Shown here piece by piece: positions 18,967-29,759 of a stretch of DNA of 32,000 bases. A model generated the notes under the pieces. The model was not told the DNA's origin, made no database searches, and saw only the letters and a program-made list of their open reading frames with translations. Made by a program: the position numbers and the translations under genes. The DNA lies in assembly GCF_049243625.1 (NCBI RefSeq), contig NZ_CP046975.1. One strand, given 5' to 3'. The stretch is from Corynebacterium amycolatum. Lineage in GTDB: Bacteria; Actinomycetota; Actinomycetes; Mycobacteriales; Mycobacteriaceae. The stretch's first letter is position 1. Each line of letters opens with the position of its first letter.

Positions 18967-18987
18967 GCCGAAAAGGAGCTTAAACCT

Positions 18988-19524
18988 GTGTCGTATGCAC
19001 ACGCGCGTGAGGCATTAGCTGATCAGATTCGGTTTGTGCCCGATTTTCCAGTTGAGGGCGTACTGTTCGAGGACCTGACGCCGGCGCTTGCCGACGCCAC
19101 GACGTTCGCCCTGCTTGTGGACGAGATTTCCGCCAAGGTGGAAGAGTTCGGGGCCGATATTATCGGCAGCCTCGATGCGCGTGGATTCCTGCTGGGTTCT
19201 GCGGTGGCATACAAGCTCGGACTGGGAGTGCTCGCTATTCGTAAGAAGGGCAAGCTCCCACCACCTGTGCTGACGGAGACCTATGAACTGGAATACGGTA
19301 CGGCCGCGCTTGAGATTCCGGCTCGTGGGTTTGAGCTGAAGGGCAAGAAGGCCGTACTTGTCGACGATGTGTTGGCAACTGGTGGCACCCTGTGTGCAGC
19401 TCGCGCCCTGCTAGAGACAGCTGGTGTCGAGGTGACCGGGCTGTGCACCGTGCTGGAGGTTGAAGGCCTGGGCGCTCGGGAGAAGCTTGCTGATCTGCCT
19501 CTGTACGTGGTTAATAAGGGGTGA
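18988..19524 (+). CDS. apt: Adenine phosphoribosyltransferase
   Basis: PRPP-binding motif [12 protein letters not shown] is present. 178 aa. GTG start with SD aaggag. Confidence 0.95.
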   Translation: MSYAHAREALADQIRFVPDFPVEGVLFEDLTPALADATTFALLVDEISAKVEEFGADIIGSLDARGFLLGSAVAYKLGLGVLAIRKKGKLPPPVLTETYELEYGTAALEIPARGFELKGKKAVLVDDVLATGGTLCAARALLETAGVEVTGLCTVLEVEGLGAREKLADLPLYVVNKG

Positions 19525-19531
19525 ATGAGCC

Positions 19532-21793
19532 ATGGCTGAAGGGCCCGCACGCCGTTATGGTGCTCGCCTAGCGCGAAGCCTTACCGGAAACAGAACGAAG
19601 ACCCGCCCGGTGCTAGATCCCCTTGTCGCGGTGCATCGGCAGGTGCATCCGCGCGCGGATTTAGCTGTGCTTCAGCGTGCCTACGATACCGCCGAGCGCC
19701 TTCACGACGGCGTGTACCGGAAATCCGGCGAGCCATACATCACTCACCCGCTTGCAGTCGCCACTATTGCCGCCGAGATTGGTATGGATACCACCACGCT
19801 GGTGGCGGCGCTGCTGCATGACACGGTCGAGGACACCGATTACACGCTGGAGGACCTGGAACGGGACTTCGGCCCAGAGGTCGCGCGCCTAGTCGACGGC
19901 GTGACCAAATTGGACAAGGTTGCGTTGGGCTCCGCCGCCGAGGCAGAGACCGTGCGAAAGATGATTATCGCCATGAGCCAGGACCCGCGCGTGCTGGTTA
20001 TCAAGGTGGCTGACCGGCTGCATAACATGCGCACAATGCGTTTCCTGCCGCCGGAAAAGCAGGCTAAGAAGGCCCGCGAGACCCTCGAGGTGATTGCACC
20101 CCTGGCGCATCGTTTGGGAATGGCCAGCGTGAAGTGGGAGTTGGAAGATCTCTCCTTTGCCATTTTGTACCCGAAGAAGTACGACGAGATTGTGCGTTTG
20201 GTCGCAGACCGAGCGCCGCAGCGGGACCGGTACATCCAGGAAGTCTCCGAGATGATTCAGAAGGATCTGAAGGAGTCTCACATTGCTGCTGAGGTACAGG
20301 GCAGGCCGAAGCACTACTGGTCGATTTATCAGAAGATGATTGTCCGCGGCCACGAGTTCGACGAGATTTTTGACCTGGTCGGACTTCGAGTTCTGGTGGA
20401 CACGACCAAGGACTGCTACGCCGCCATGGGCGCCGTCCACTCGCTGTTCAAACCCATGCCGGGGCGATTCAAGGACTATATTTCCGCGCCGCGCTTCGGG
20501 GTTTACCAGTCGTTGCACACAACGGTCATTGGTCCAGGTGGGGCCCCGCTAGAAGTGCAGATTCGCACCCATGAGATGCACTACAACGCTGAGTACGGCA
20601 TTGCCGCACACTGGCGCTACAAGGAAACAAAAGGCTCTCATAAGGGAGATTCCGCCGAAGTCGATCAGATGGCGTGGATGCGTCAGCTGCTGGATTGGCA
20701 GCGCGAGGCCGCAGATCCTAACGAGTTCCTGGACTCGCTGCGCTATGATCTCTCAGTCACTGAAATTTTTGCGTTCACGCCGAAGGGTGATGTCATCACT
20801 TTGCCCGCGGACTCCACGCCGGTCGACTTTGCCTACGCGGTCCATACTGAGGTTGGCCACCGGTGTATTGGTGCCAAGGTCAACGGCAAGTTGGTGGCGT
20901 TGGAATCACCGCTAAAAACCGGTGACCGCGTCGAGATTTTCACGTCCAAGGATGCCCATTCTGGTCCGTCCAAGGACTGGGAGAAGTTCGTTAAAACTCC
21001 CCGTGCGCGGGCAAAGATTCGCCAGTGGTTTGCCAAGGAGCGACGCGAGGAGGCACTCGATGCCGGACGCGATGCGCTGGCGGCAGAGGTACAGCGCGGT
21101 GGTCTGCCGATGCACCGCCTGTTCACTCCGGCGTCCATCAAGCAGATTGCCTCCGAGCTGCACTATGCGGATGTCGATGCGCTCTATACCGCGATTGGTA
21201 AGGGGCAGGTATCGGCTCAGCATGTGACGCACCGTCTGATGGCGCAGTTCTCGAGCACAGACGATGCAGAAGAGCAGTTGGTCTCGCGCACTCCGATTTC
21301 GAAGATGAGTGTGCACAATACTCCGCGTCGCGCCGACAGCACCGGCGTGCTTGTGGAGGGCAGTGCGGATATGGCTGCCAAGTTGGCCAAGTGCTGTACA
21401 CCGGTGCCTGGCGATGCCATCTTTGGTTTCGTCACCCGCGGTGGCGGTGTCAGCGTGCACCGCACGGATTGCACCAATGCGGAAAAACTCCACCAGGAGC
21501 CCGAGCGCATTATCGAGGTCTCCTGGGCAACAGATTCCTCCGGGGCGGTCTTTATGGTTACGGTGCAAATCGAAGCACTTGACCGTCACGGACTGCTCTC
21601 GGAGATCACTCGCGTCTTCTCTGATCAGAAGGTCTCAATCCTGTCGACGTCCTCCCATACCTCCGATGACCGCGTTGCCGTAATGCGTTTTAGCTTCGAG
21701 GTTTCGGACACTAAGCAGATGGGCTATATCTTCAACATTCTGCGCGGTGTCGAGGGAGTCTTCGATGTCTACCGCATTACTTCTGGTCAGTAG
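19532..21793 (+). CDS. rel: Bifunctional (p)ppGpp synthetase/hydrolase (RelA/SpoT homologue)
   Basis: 753 aa. The HD hydrolase motif LLHDTVEDT and the synthetase region YQSLHTTV are present. TGS and ACT-like C-terminal regions are also present. Confidence 0.97.
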   Translation: MAEGPARRYGARLARSLTGNRTKTRPVLDPLVAVHRQVHPRADLAVLQRAYDTAERLHDGVYRKSGEPYITHPLAVATIAAEIGMDTTTLVAALLHDTVEDTDYTLEDLERDFGPEVARLVDGVTKLDKVALGSAAEAETVRKMIIAMSQDPRVLVIKVADRLHNMRTMRFLPPEKQAKKARETLEVIAPLAHRLGMASVKWELEDLSFAILYPKKYDEIVRLVADRAPQRDRYIQEVSEMIQKDLKESHIAAEVQGRPKHYWSIYQKMIVRGHEFDEIFDLVGLRVLVDTTKDCYAAMGAVHSLFKPMPGRFKDYISAPRFGVYQSLHTTVIGPGGAPLEVQIRTHEMHYNAEYGIAAHWRYKETKGSHKGDSAEVDQMAWMRQLLDWQREAADPNEFLDSLRYDLSVTEIFAFTPKGDVITLPADSTPVDFAYAVHTEVGHRCIGAKVNGKLVALESPLKTGDRVEIFTSKDAHSGPSKDWEKFVKTPRARAKIRQWFAKERREEALDAGRDALAAEVQRGGLPMHRLFTPASIKQIASELHYADVDALYTAIGKGQVSAQHVTHRLMAQFSSTDDAEEQLVSRTPISKMSVHNTPRRADSTGVLVEGSADMAAKLAKCCTPVPGDAIFGFVTRGGGVSVHRTDCTNAEKLHQEPERIIEVSWATDSSGAVFMVTVQIEALDRHGLLSEITRVFSDQKVSILSTSSHTSDDRVAVMRFSFEVSDTKQMGYIFNILRGVEGVFDVYRITSGQ

Positions 21794-21846
21794 CCGGTTT
21801 ATCAGCGCATCGATATGTGAATAAAGATTGAGGCCGCGTCGGTATT

Positions 21847-21885
21847 AAAACAGGGCCAAGGTGAAACACCTTGGCCCTGTTTTTG
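21847..21885. terminator. Bidirectional rho-independent terminator between convergent rel and the cyclophilin gene
   Basis: A perfect 11-bp stem pairs cagggccaagg with ccttggccctg around loop tgaaaca. It is flanked by aaaa upstream and ttttt downstream. Confidence 0.85.
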
Positions 21886-21915
21886 ATGAATTTCTCAATC
21901 AGTTAGTTGAGTCAA

Positions 21916-22815
21916 CTACTTGACTTCCGCCTTCTCAATACGGACTTCCTTAGCTGGCTTACCGTCAGAGGTACCGCCACCCTCGATACCATTCTTCGCA
22001 ATGTCCGCAACCGTCTTGGTGCCCTCGTCAGTCATGGAGCCAAGCACGGTGTACTGCGGTGGCAGCTGAGAATCTGCCCAGTTGAGGAAGAACTGGCTGC
22101 CGTTGGCATCCGGGTCGCTCGGGTTTGCCATGGCGATAGAGCCCTTCGGGTACACCAACGGGGTGTTCTGATCCAGACCGGAATCCTTGACCGGCCACTC
22201 GCCAGCGAACTTGAAGCCCGGGCCGCCGCTACCGGTACCAGTCGGGTCACCACACTGCAGAACGTTCAGGCCACCACCGGTAATACGGTGGCACACGGTG
22301 TCGTCGAAGTAGTTGGACTTGGCCATGTGCTCAATCGCATTGACACCGCAAGGTGAAATAGCGCGGTTCAGCTCCATCGGAATGTCGCCCTGGTTAGTCT
22401 TCAGAGTGATGGTTACAGTGCCAGTGGCGGGAACTTTGTCGGTAGCTGGCTTATCGATATCCTTCGATGCCTCGCCATCATCCGGGTAGTCACAGGTCAC
22501 GGTTTCCGGAAGCGCGGAAGAGCGCTTCATCGGAACCTTTTCACCGCTGACGGGAGTAGCTGTCAGAGCTGCAGGTTCGACTGGAGTCGTGGATTCATCA
22601 GCGGCCTCATTGTCGTCAGCGCCGCCAGCCGTGGTCAGCAGGTAGATTCCGCCACCGATAAAGAGCAGGATAGCCAAGGTGGTTACGACAACACCCAGTG
22701 GCTTCAGCTTCTCGGCACGTGCACGGCGCTTAAGTTCGCGCTCGAGCGTCCGCATCGCATCTTTGCGCCTTTGCTCATTATTGGCCACTAGTCTCTCTCC
22801 GTATCTGTTAGTCAT
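21916..22815 (-). CDS. ppiB: Membrane-anchored cyclophilin-type peptidyl-prolyl cis-trans isomerase
   Basis: N-terminal basic region plus a TM helix (VVVTTLAILLFIGGGIYLL). The cyclophilin core includes CHRITGGGLNVLQCGDPTGTGSGGPGFKFAGE and GSIAMAN...NGSQFFL. ATG 22815 is chosen, with GTG 22836 as the alternative. Confidence 0.9.
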   Translation of the reverse strand: MTNRYGERLVANNEQRRKDAMRTLERELKRRARAEKLKPLGVVVTTLAILLFIGGGIYLLTTAGGADDNEAADESTTPVEPAALTATPVSGEKVPMKRSSALPETVTCDYPDDGEASKDIDKPATDKVPATGTVTITLKTNQGDIPMELNRAISPCGVNAIEHMAKSNYFDDTVCHRITGGGLNVLQCGDPTGTGSGGPGFKFAGEWPVKDSGLDQNTPLVYPKGSIAMANPSDPDANGSQFFLNWADSQLPPQYTVLGSMTDEGTKTVADIAKNGIEGGGTSDGKPAKEVRIEKAEVK

Positions 22816-22936
22816 CGATTGCCGGTGACGGCACACCAGCGGACGGTTTTGCCCATAGATAGTGACCGAGTTTGAGGTGAAAGCTCAGTCGGTCACCGTC
22901 GCGTACACAATCGACCATTATGCCCGGAGTCGGTTC

Positions 22937-23254
22937 TCATTTGCGAGATGACAGGCCAAGTCGGCATGGGAAAGGGCGTTCCGCTTTAGCACGTAGAGCT
23001 TCGACAGCTTCTTTGATGCCGACACCGGGGTGTTGGCGACGGTACTTCTTCACCTTCTCCGGCGTGATGCAGCTCTTACTTCTGCCTGTGCCTTCGACAA
23101 CGCGACTACGACAACGGCGAGTTAGACTCCTCGCACCCAGGCTTATTGCGGCTGACATGAAAAGGATGAAGGCCAGTCGCGGATAACCTGCTAGAGCCGT
23201 TCCCACAGCTGTCAGGATGAAAAAGGTGATAGTGGCTGAGTACGTAATCTGCAT
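22937..23254 (-). CDS. Small (105 aa) two-TM membrane protein with a basic C-terminal domain, function unknown
   Basis: ATG 23254 has SD ggaag 6 nt upstream. Two hydrophobic helices are present (ATITFFILTAVGTALAGY and LAFILFMSAAISLGA). The overlapping + strand ORF is Arg-rich and implausible. No family is recognised. Confidence 0.5.
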   Translation of the reverse strand: MQITYSATITFFILTAVGTALAGYPRLAFILFMSAAISLGARSLTRRCRSRVVEGTGRSKSCITPEKVKKYRRQHPGVGIKEAVEALRAKAERPFPCRLGLSSRK

Positions 23255-23383
23255 AAAAGCTTCCAATCGTCAGTTCCAATTGCCAAGAACAGTTCTACGA
23301 GTTTCGCCACCTATCAGCCGTCGTTTTAGCGGGAACTTAACAGCGTGATAAATGAACCCAGCTCGAGCCAAGCAGACACTCGA

Positions 23384-23389
23384 TAGAAT
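23384..23389 (+). promoter_or_regulatory. Candidate -10 box (TAGAAT) positioned for a leaderless MBL-hydrolase mRNA
   Basis: TAGAAT ends 7 nt before ATG 23397. There is no SD upstream of that ATG. Confidence 0.35.
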
Positions 23390-23396
23390 GTGCGCT

Positions 23397-24068
23397 ATGG
23401 AGATATTTGGATTTGCAGCCGGCCCTTTTCAGACCAACTGCTACGTGGCAACAGGCACTCCGGAGATGGACGACTTGGCTACCCCGTGCGTCATTATTGA
23501 CCCGGGCATGGGGGCACTTGAGGTTGTGCGCACTGAGGTTGAGAAACGAAATTGGAAGCCGGAGGCAATTCTGTTGACGCATGGCCACATCGATCACATT
23601 CGCGATGTCGCGGAGGCTGCCGACTTCTGGGATATCCCCGTCTTCATTCACGAAAGCGACAATGTGTTGCTGGCCAATCCGAAACTCGGCGGTTCTTCTT
23701 TCGGACACCTCTTTGACATCGAGTCCATGCAGACTTATACGAAAGCCGATTTCTTCGAGGATGGCGACGAAGTAAAGTGGGCAGGGTTGAATTTCGAAGT
23801 CATTCACGCACCGGGTCACTCGCCGGGGTGCGTAATGCTGCGCGCTTCCGATGGGGAAGATGAGATTATCTTCAGCGGGGACGTCCTCTTTAAGGGGGCT
23901 ATCGGTCGCGTAGATTTACCGGGCAGTAGTCCGGAGCACATGCAGCAGTCGTTGAAGGATAAGGTTCTCCCGCTGGCGGATGACCTCATGATTCTTCCGG
24001 GCCATGGCTCCGCATCGTCGATAGGCGAGGAGCGCGAGACCAACCCCTTCCTGCAAAACCTCACCTAG
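23397..24068 (+). CDS. MBL-fold metallo-hydrolase (glyoxalase II-like, Rv2581c-type)
   Basis: The HxHxDH motif is seen as THGHIDH, with a later HAPGHSPG and PGHG. The start is chosen where homologues begin (MEIFGFAAGPFQTNCYV). In-frame ATGs at 23352 and 23388 are alternatives. Confidence 0.9.
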   Translation: MEIFGFAAGPFQTNCYVATGTPEMDDLATPCVIIDPGMGALEVVRTEVEKRNWKPEAILLTHGHIDHIRDVAEAADFWDIPVFIHESDNVLLANPKLGGSSFGHLFDIESMQTYTKADFFEDGDEVKWAGLNFEVIHAPGHSPGCVMLRASDGEDEIIFSGDVLFKGAIGRVDLPGSSPEHMQQSLKDKVLPLADDLMILPGHGSASSIGEERETNPFLQNLT

Positions 24069-24111
24069 CCTGGCTGACACGTCGTGAGAGTTGGCAGGTA
24101 GAGTTAGCGGA

Positions 24112-25395
24112 GTGAACTCTAGCCAGAAGCCAAAGAAGTTGAAGCCATTCTCCGCGCCCAAGGGCGTGCCGGATTACGTCCCGCCGGTCTCCCGCGAATT
24201 CGAGGCGGTGCGAAACTCATTCCAGCACCGCGCACGACTTGCGGGCTATGAGCACATTGAGCTGCCAATTTTCGAGGAAACCGGGCTTTTTGCACGCGGC
24301 GTAGGTGAATCGACGGACGTCGTCACCAAGGAGATGTACACGTTCGCCGACCGCGGCGACCGCTCGGTCACCCTGCGCCCGGAGGGTACCGCGGGCGTGA
24401 TGCGCGCGGTCATTGAGCACAATCTCGACCGCGGTCAGCTGCCGGTCAAGCTTTCCTACGCGGGGCCGTTCTTTCGCTATGAACGCCCGCAGGCGGGCCG
24501 TTACCGTCAGTTGCAGCAGGTTGGCGTAGAGGCAATCGGCGTCGATGATCCTGCGCTGGACGCTGAGGTCATCGCGCTTGCCGACGCATGTTTCCGCGGC
24601 ATCGGCCTGGAAGGATTCCGGCTTGAGCTGACAAGCCTCGGTGACAACACCTGTCGCCCCGAATACCGCGCTAAGCTGCAGGAATTCTTGTTTGAGCTGC
24701 CGCTGGATGAGGAAACTCGCCACCGTGCAAACATCAACCCGCTGCGCGTCCTCGACGATAAGCGACCGGAAATGCAGGAAATGCTTGCCGACGCACCACT
24801 GATGCTGGACCACCTTTCTGACAGCGCTCGCAGTCACTTTGAAGCTGTGACTGGACTGTTGGATGACATGAAGGTGCCCTATGTCATCAATCCTCGAATG
24901 GTGCGGGGGCTGGACTACTACACCAAGACGTGCTTCGAGTTTGTTCACGACGGCCTTGGTGCTCAGTCGGGTATCGGTGGCGGTGGTCGCTACGACGGCC
25001 TGATGGCGCAGCTCGGCGGCCAAGAGCTGTCCGGAATTGGCTTTGGTTTGGGTGTGGATCGTGCACTGCTCGCGCTGGAAGCCGAGGGCAAGCAGGCTAG
25101 CGACGGTCGACGCGTCGATGTGTATGGTGTTGCGCTCGGTGAAGAAGCCGCTCACACTATGGCGGTGCAGATCAATAAGCTGCGCCAAGCGGGTATCCGC
25201 GCGGATATGTCCTACGGTGGCCGCGGGCTGAAGGGTGCAATGAAGGGTGCCGATCGCGCTGGAGCCCGATTTGCGTTGGTTCTCGGCGAATCTGAATTGG
25301 CTGCGGGCGAGGTTCAGCTGAAGGACCTCGAGTCCCACGAGCAGCACGCGGTGGCCCTAGATGCGCTGGTTCAGGAGTTGCAGTCGCGCATCTAG
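24112..25395 (+). CDS. hisS: Histidine--tRNA ligase
   Basis: Contains [41 protein letters not shown] and GGGGRYDGL. The start is either GTG 24112 or TTG 24091. Confidence 0.96.
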   Translation: MNSSQKPKKLKPFSAPKGVPDYVPPVSREFEAVRNSFQHRARLAGYEHIELPIFEETGLFARGVGESTDVVTKEMYTFADRGDRSVTLRPEGTAGVMRAVIEHNLDRGQLPVKLSYAGPFFRYERPQAGRYRQLQQVGVEAIGVDDPALDAEVIALADACFRGIGLEGFRLELTSLGDNTCRPEYRAKLQEFLFELPLDEETRHRANINPLRVLDDKRPEMQEMLADAPLMLDHLSDSARSHFEAVTGLLDDMKVPYVINPRMVRGLDYYTKTCFEFVHDGLGAQSGIGGGGRYDGLMAQLGGQELSGIGFGLGVDRALLALEAEGKQASDGRRVDVYGVALGEEAAHTMAVQINKLRQAGIRADMSYGGRGLKGAMKGADRAGARFALVLGESELAAGEVQLKDLESHEQHAVALDALVQELQSRI

Positions 25396-25422
25396 GAAAC
25401 GCGCATTTGTTGAGTGCGGAGT

Positions 25423-26310
25423 CTAGCTGTAGACACCGCGCTCGAGAGTGTCGCACTGAGACATCTTTCCTGACTTGTAGCCGGTGAGGAATGCCTTCGT
25501 ACGCTGCTCAGCTGAGCCATGGGTCCAGGAGTCCGGTTGAACACCACCGCCGGAATGCTGCTGGATGGTGTCATCGCCAATGGCCTTCGTAGTTTTGAGG
25601 GCATCGGCAACTTGCTCGTCGGAAAGCGGTTCGAGGATTGCGTCCGGCCCCTTGTCCGCGTAATGAGCCCAGATACCCGCATAGCAGTCTGCCTGCAGCT
25701 CAATCTTTACGGCATCGGAATCGGGGCCAGGCTCGTTGTAGTTACTGCGGCCGAGCGTACCCTCCAAATTTTGGATATGGTGACCGAATTCGTGGGCTAC
25801 GACATACTCCTGCGCGAGCGGGCCGTTGCCTCCGCCCATGCGCTCCAGGGTGCTAAAGAACTCCGTGTCGAAGTAGGCCGTTTGATCGGCGGGGCAGTAG
25901 AACGGGCCGGTGGACGAGGACGCTGCGCCGCAGCCCGACTGAGTGGAGCCTTCAAAGAGGACTAGGTCTGGGTTCGTGTACCCGATGCCGGCCTGTGCGG
26001 GAAGCTGTTCTTCCCAGACTCGGTCGACCGAAATGCCGGTGAATTCCATCCGGCAATCGATGCGGCTGTTGGCATCTTCGCCGGTTTTACAGGGATCCTC
26101 ACCAGGGGTTTGCTGTGCAGTCTGAGAGGACTGGTTGTTCTGGGCACCTGTCAGCTGTCCCAATTGTCCCGGGTCGCCGCCGAGAAGTAAGTACAGGCCA
26201 ATGAGGACAAGGCCGCCGATGCCGCCACCGCCTACTGCAATAGCGCGGCCACCACCCGAGCGTCGCTCGGCACGAGCCGAGCTCTTTTGGAAGTCATTCC
26301 GGAAGGTCAT
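25423..26310 (-). CDS. YpfJ-like neutral zinc metallopeptidase, membrane anchored
   Basis: HEFGHH zinc motif is present. The N-terminus has a Gly-rich segment plus a TM helix (GGGGIGGLVLIGLYLLLGG). Length and layout match the YpfJ/Rv2575-type family. Confidence 0.85.
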   Translation of the reverse strand: MTFRNDFQKSSARAERRSGGGRAIAVGGGGIGGLVLIGLYLLLGGDPGQLGQLTGAQNNQSSQTAQQTPGEDPCKTGEDANSRIDCRMEFTGISVDRVWEEQLPAQAGIGYTNPDLVLFEGSTQSGCGAASSSTGPFYCPADQTAYFDTEFFSTLERMGGGNGPLAQEYVVAHEFGHHIQNLEGTLGRSNYNEPGPDSDAVKIELQADCYAGIWAHYADKGPDAILEPLSDEQVADALKTTKAIGDDTIQQHSGGGVQPDSWTHGSAEQRTKAFLTGYKSGKMSQCDTLERGVYS

Positions 26311-26447
26311 AGGAGTAAGACTATTGCATAGGGTTCGGAAAACGGGCCATTGAATAGCGCTGCGTCAAAGTGTCCGTATGGAAGTCAACGTCAAGGCCTA
26401 CAAAAATCTATGTCTAAGTGAGTACATGAAGCCCGAGGTAGACCCAA

Positions 26448-26471
26448 GGCGATGACCGGGGCGATGACCGG
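26448..26471. repeat. Perfect 12-bp tandem duplication (ggcgatgaccgg x2)
   Basis: Read directly. It lies in the 283-bp divergent spacer between the metallopeptidase gene and aspS. Confidence 0.95.
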
Positions 26472-26520
26472 TAATAGGCAAAATAACCGGGGTCTTCTTC
26501 TCACCTTAATGGCTTCAAGG

Positions 26521-26526
26521 TAGACT
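26521..26526 (+). promoter_or_regulatory. Candidate aspS -10 box (TAGACT, TAnnnT class)
   Basis: ggTAGACTac lies about 68 nt upstream of GTG 26594. A TTCTCA hexamer sits 17 bp upstream. Confidence 0.3.
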
Positions 26527-26593
26527 ACACGGACGAAACCGCTATCCACAGCGTTAATCCCTATAGCACCAATTTTGGAAGGACCAATTCGCA

Positions 26594-28423
26594 GTGCTTC
26601 GTACGCATCTTGCCGGAGACCTCCGCGCTGACCTCGCCGGCAGCACAGTAACCCTGACCGGTTGGGTAGGACGCCGCCGTGACCACGGTGGTGTGATCTT
26701 CATTGACATGCGTGACCGCTCCGGTTACGCCCAGGTTGTGTTCCGCAACAGTGAAGTTGCTGAGCGTGCACACCACCTGCGCAGCGAGTACTGCATTCAG
26801 GTCACCGGTGTCGTTGAGAAGCGCCCGGAGGGCTCCGAAAACCCGAACCTGGCATCGGGAGAAATTGAGGTCAATGTTACGGAGCTGACCATCCTCAACG
26901 AGTCGGCGGCATTGCCGTTCCAGCTCGAGGACGTTGGAACTTCTGGCACTGTGGGCGAAGAAGCTCGCCTGAAGTACCGCTACCTAGACCTACGCCGTGA
27001 AGGCCCGGCCAAAATTATGCGTCTTCGTGCGGCTGTCAACCGCGCAGCACGTAAGGTGCTGGACAGCCACGACTTTACAGAAATCGAGACTCCGACGTTG
27101 ACTCGCTCTACGCCGGAAGGCGCTCGTGACTTCGTAGTGCCGGCTCGTTTGAAGCCGGGCACTTTCTATGCACTGCCGCAGTCCCCTCAGCTGTTCAAGC
27201 AGCTGCTTATGGTCGCTGGTATGGAGCGCTACTACCAGATTGCCCGCTGCTACCGCGATGAGGACTTCCGCGCTGACCGCCAGCCAGAGTTCACTCAGCT
27301 CGACGTTGAGATGAGCTTCGCCGAGCAGGACGATGTCATTGCGCTGGCAGAAGAGATTCTGGTTGCTATCTTCGCCGAGGCCGGTGTCACTGTTCAGACT
27401 CCGATTCCACGCATGACCTTCAAGGAGGCCATGGAGAAGTACGGTTCTGACAAACCAGACCTGCGCTTCGACATTCCGTTGGTGGAGTGCACTGAGTTCT
27501 TCAAGGACACCACTTTCCGTGTCTTCCAGAACGACTACGTTGGTGCAGTTGTTATGGACGGTGGCGCATCGCAGCCTCGTCGTCAACTCGATGCTTGGCA
27601 GGATTGGGCCCGCCAGCGCGGCGCGAAGGGCCTGGCCTACATCCTCGTCGGGGAGGACGGCACTCTGGGTGGCCCGGTTGCCAAGAACATTACTGACGCA
27701 GAGCGTGAAGGCATCGCGGTGCACGTCGGCGCAAAGCCGGGTGACTGCATCTTCTTCGCTGCAGGTGATGCTAAGAGCTCCCGTGCACTGCTGGGTGCTG
27801 CTCGTGGAGAGATTGCCAAGAAGCTCGGCCTGATCAAGGAAGGCGACTGGGCATTCACCTGGGTCGTCGACGCACCGTTGTTCGAGCCGGCTGCCGACGC
27901 TACCGCTTCCGGTGACGTTGCCCTGGGCCACTCCCAGTGGACTGCTGTGCACCACGCCTTCACCTCGCCGAAGCCAGAGCACATGGATACCTTCGACAAG
28001 GATCCGGGCAACGCACTGGCTTACGCCTACGACATCGTCTGCAACGGTAACGAAATTGGTGGCGGCTCCATTCGTATTCACCGCCCAGATGTCCAGAAGC
28101 GCGTCTTCGATGTTATGGGCATCGGCGAGGAAGAGGCACAGGAGCAGTTCGGCTTCCTGTTGGACGCTTTCCAGTACGGCGCTCCGCCGCACGGTGGTAT
28201 CGCATTCGGTTGGGACCGTATCGTTTCCCTGCTGGCCGGCGTTGACTCCATTCGCGATGTTATCGCCTTCCCGAAGTCCGGTGGCGGCGTTGATCCGTTG
28301 ACTGACGCCCCGACTCCGATTACCGCTCAGCAGCGCAAGGAGACCGGTATCGACTTCAAGCCGAAGCCAAAGCAGAAGGCAGACGCCGCTAAGGCAGCAG
28401 CCGACGCAGGCGACAGCAAGTAA
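26594..28423 (+). CDS. aspS: Aspartate--tRNA ligase (long bacterial type, probably non-discriminating)
   Basis: 609 aa. Contains [51 protein letters not shown] and GGGSIRIH. Confidence 0.97.
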   Translation: MLRTHLAGDLRADLAGSTVTLTGWVGRRRDHGGVIFIDMRDRSGYAQVVFRNSEVAERAHHLRSEYCIQVTGVVEKRPEGSENPNLASGEIEVNVTELTILNESAALPFQLEDVGTSGTVGEEARLKYRYLDLRREGPAKIMRLRAAVNRAARKVLDSHDFTEIETPTLTRSTPEGARDFVVPARLKPGTFYALPQSPQLFKQLLMVAGMERYYQIARCYRDEDFRADRQPEFTQLDVEMSFAEQDDVIALAEEILVAIFAEAGVTVQTPIPRMTFKEAMEKYGSDKPDLRFDIPLVECTEFFKDTTFRVFQNDYVGAVVMDGGASQPRRQLDAWQDWARQRGAKGLAYILVGEDGTLGGPVAKNITDAEREGIAVHVGAKPGDCIFFAAGDAKSSRALLGAARGEIAKKLGLIKEGDWAFTWVVDAPLFEPAADATASGDVALGHSQWTAVHHAFTSPKPEHMDTFDKDPGNALAYAYDIVCNGNEIGGGSIRIHRPDVQKRVFDVMGIGEEEAQEQFGFLLDAFQYGAPPHGGIAFGWDRIVSLLAGVDSIRDVIAFPKSGGGVDPLTDAPTPITAQQRKETGIDFKPKPKQKADAAKAAADAGDSK

Positions 28424-28570
28424 ACAAAGAAATCACATTGCGAGGAATGTGCTCCGCCACTCCAGCGTGAACAGCGCGAGCGGGGTCGATTCCTCCTAAC
28501 TAAGGCGGTACGGGCCACAACGCGACATCCGTATCGCCTGACTGAAACTGGCTCATTGAAAGGGCATTCA

Positions 28571-29752
28571 ATGGAGTACTCGGACGACGCTGCAGCAGAA
28601 GTTGACAGTGTAGTTAAAGATGCAGAGACACTGCTTTCCGCACGATTCGGCGGCACTCCAGTGTTGTCGGATCCAGAAGTACTTACAGGCCAGTCAAACG
28701 CTCTTGTTGTCCGCGTACGGGTCGCCACAAATCCCTTTATGCAGGAGCGCACGGTCGTCGTAAAGCAAATTCCTACGATGACTGAAGGTGTCGATCCCGC
28801 CGTTTTACGGGAAGTCGTGGCGTACCAGTTCATCAATACGCTGCCTGACGACGTTCGCCCGGGGCCTCAGCTTCTTGCTTACGATGTTTCAAAGCAGCTA
28901 TTGGTTCTCAGCGACGTCGGTGTCGTGGACACTCTTGCGGACGTACTCTTTCGTGGCGATGAAGAGCGTCGATTGCGCGCGTTCCGCAGTCTCGGCGCGT
29001 CGCTGGGCCGGATGCATATTCACACGCATACTCGCGAAGAGGGGTTTGAGACCCTGCGTCGTCGTATGTGGGTGAAGAACAAGGTCGATCGTGAGGCTCT
29101 CGAGGCGCGTGACCACGGCATTGTGTCGGGGATTCGCTTTGGCATGCGAGCTATTGAAGGCTCCGGTATTCCTGTTCCCGACGCTGTGCGCTCTTTCGGT
29201 GAGGATGCTGCTCGTCGAATTGAGAAGGGCACGCATAGGGCGTTTACTCCGTTTGACCTCGCCCCGGACAACATTCTGCTGGCGGACAAGGTCCAGTTCC
29301 TCGACTATGAGTGGGCTGGTTACCGCGATGTCATCTTCGACGTGGCCAGCGTCGTCGCAGGCTTCCCGCTGCACGTTTTCGTGGAGCGCCCATCGGAGGC
29401 AGAGGTCGACGCATTTGTCCGTGCATGGATGGAAGAGATTCGTGACCATTGGTATCGCGACACGAGCGACCGCCGTATGATGGCGTTCATTGCTGCGGCT
29501 TTGCTCGGTTGGTTCTTCATCTCCGCAACGGTTTCCGTCTTCGGTTCTCCGAAGCAAGCGCTGTGGGTGGGGCATGAAGGACGTACGGACCTGAAGCCGG
29601 AAGTTGGTGGCTCAGCATTGGAGCGACGCGACATGGCTAACACAGCTCGCGCCATTGCGCAGTTCGCCCATAGATGTGAGGACGATCGTGCCGACGAGCT
29701 GGAAAAGTTCGCACATGCTGTAATTGATTTCTTAGAGCAAGAGGAAGGCTAG
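28571..29752 (+). CDS. Aminoglycoside-phosphotransferase-fold (APH/choline-kinase family) kinase-like protein, substrate unknown
   Basis: N-lobe [12 protein letters not shown] with the Lys in VVVKQ. The Brenner-type catalytic loop is [10 protein letters not shown], and the metal-binding segment is [20 protein letters not shown] 28571 has SD gaaaggg 5 nt upstream. The track's TTG 28556 is less likely. Confidence 0.8.
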   Translation: MEYSDDAAAEVDSVVKDAETLLSARFGGTPVLSDPEVLTGQSNALVVRVRVATNPFMQERTVVVKQIPTMTEGVDPAVLREVVAYQFINTLPDDVRPGPQLLAYDVSKQLLVLSDVGVVDTLADVLFRGDEERRLRAFRSLGASLGRMHIHTHTREEGFETLRRRMWVKNKVDREALEARDHGIVSGIRFGMRAIEGSGIPVPDAVRSFGEDAARRIEKGTHRAFTPFDLAPDNILLADKVQFLDYEWAGYRDVIFDVASVVAGFPLHVFVERPSEAEVDAFVRAWMEEIRDHWYRDTSDRRMMAFIAAALLGWFFISATVSVFGSPKQALWVGHEGRTDLKPEVGGSALERRDMANTARAIAQFAHRCEDDRADELEKFAHAVIDFLEQEEG

Positions 29753-29759
29753 GGCATAC

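Noticed and set aside
22920-23186. 88-aa + strand ORF overlapping the small membrane-protein gene
   Set aside because: The product is Arg-rich and uses many rare codons (aga, agg, cga, cta, tta). The - strand frame gives two clean TM helices and has an SD.
24217-25347. 376-aa ORF antisense to hisS
   Set aside because: Shadow ORF. The sense strand has the HisRS class II motifs.
26519-26526. Shared 8-mer GGTAGACT upstream of both aspS (26519-26526) and alaS (31290-31297) as a common aaRS regulatory motif
   Set aside because: One shared 8-mer between two spacers of about 130-280 bp is close to chance expectation. It is adequately explained as two TAnnnT -10 boxes.
26311-26593. Possible T-box or riboswitch leader upstream of aspS (and of thrS, hisS, alaS)
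   Set aside because: I found no conserved T-box sequence or terminator/antiterminator pair. The thrS, hisS and alaS leaders are too short. The region is better explained as a divergent promoter spacer.
26990-28192. 400-aa ORF antisense to aspS
   Set aside because: Shadow ORF. The sense strand has the AspRS signature motifs.
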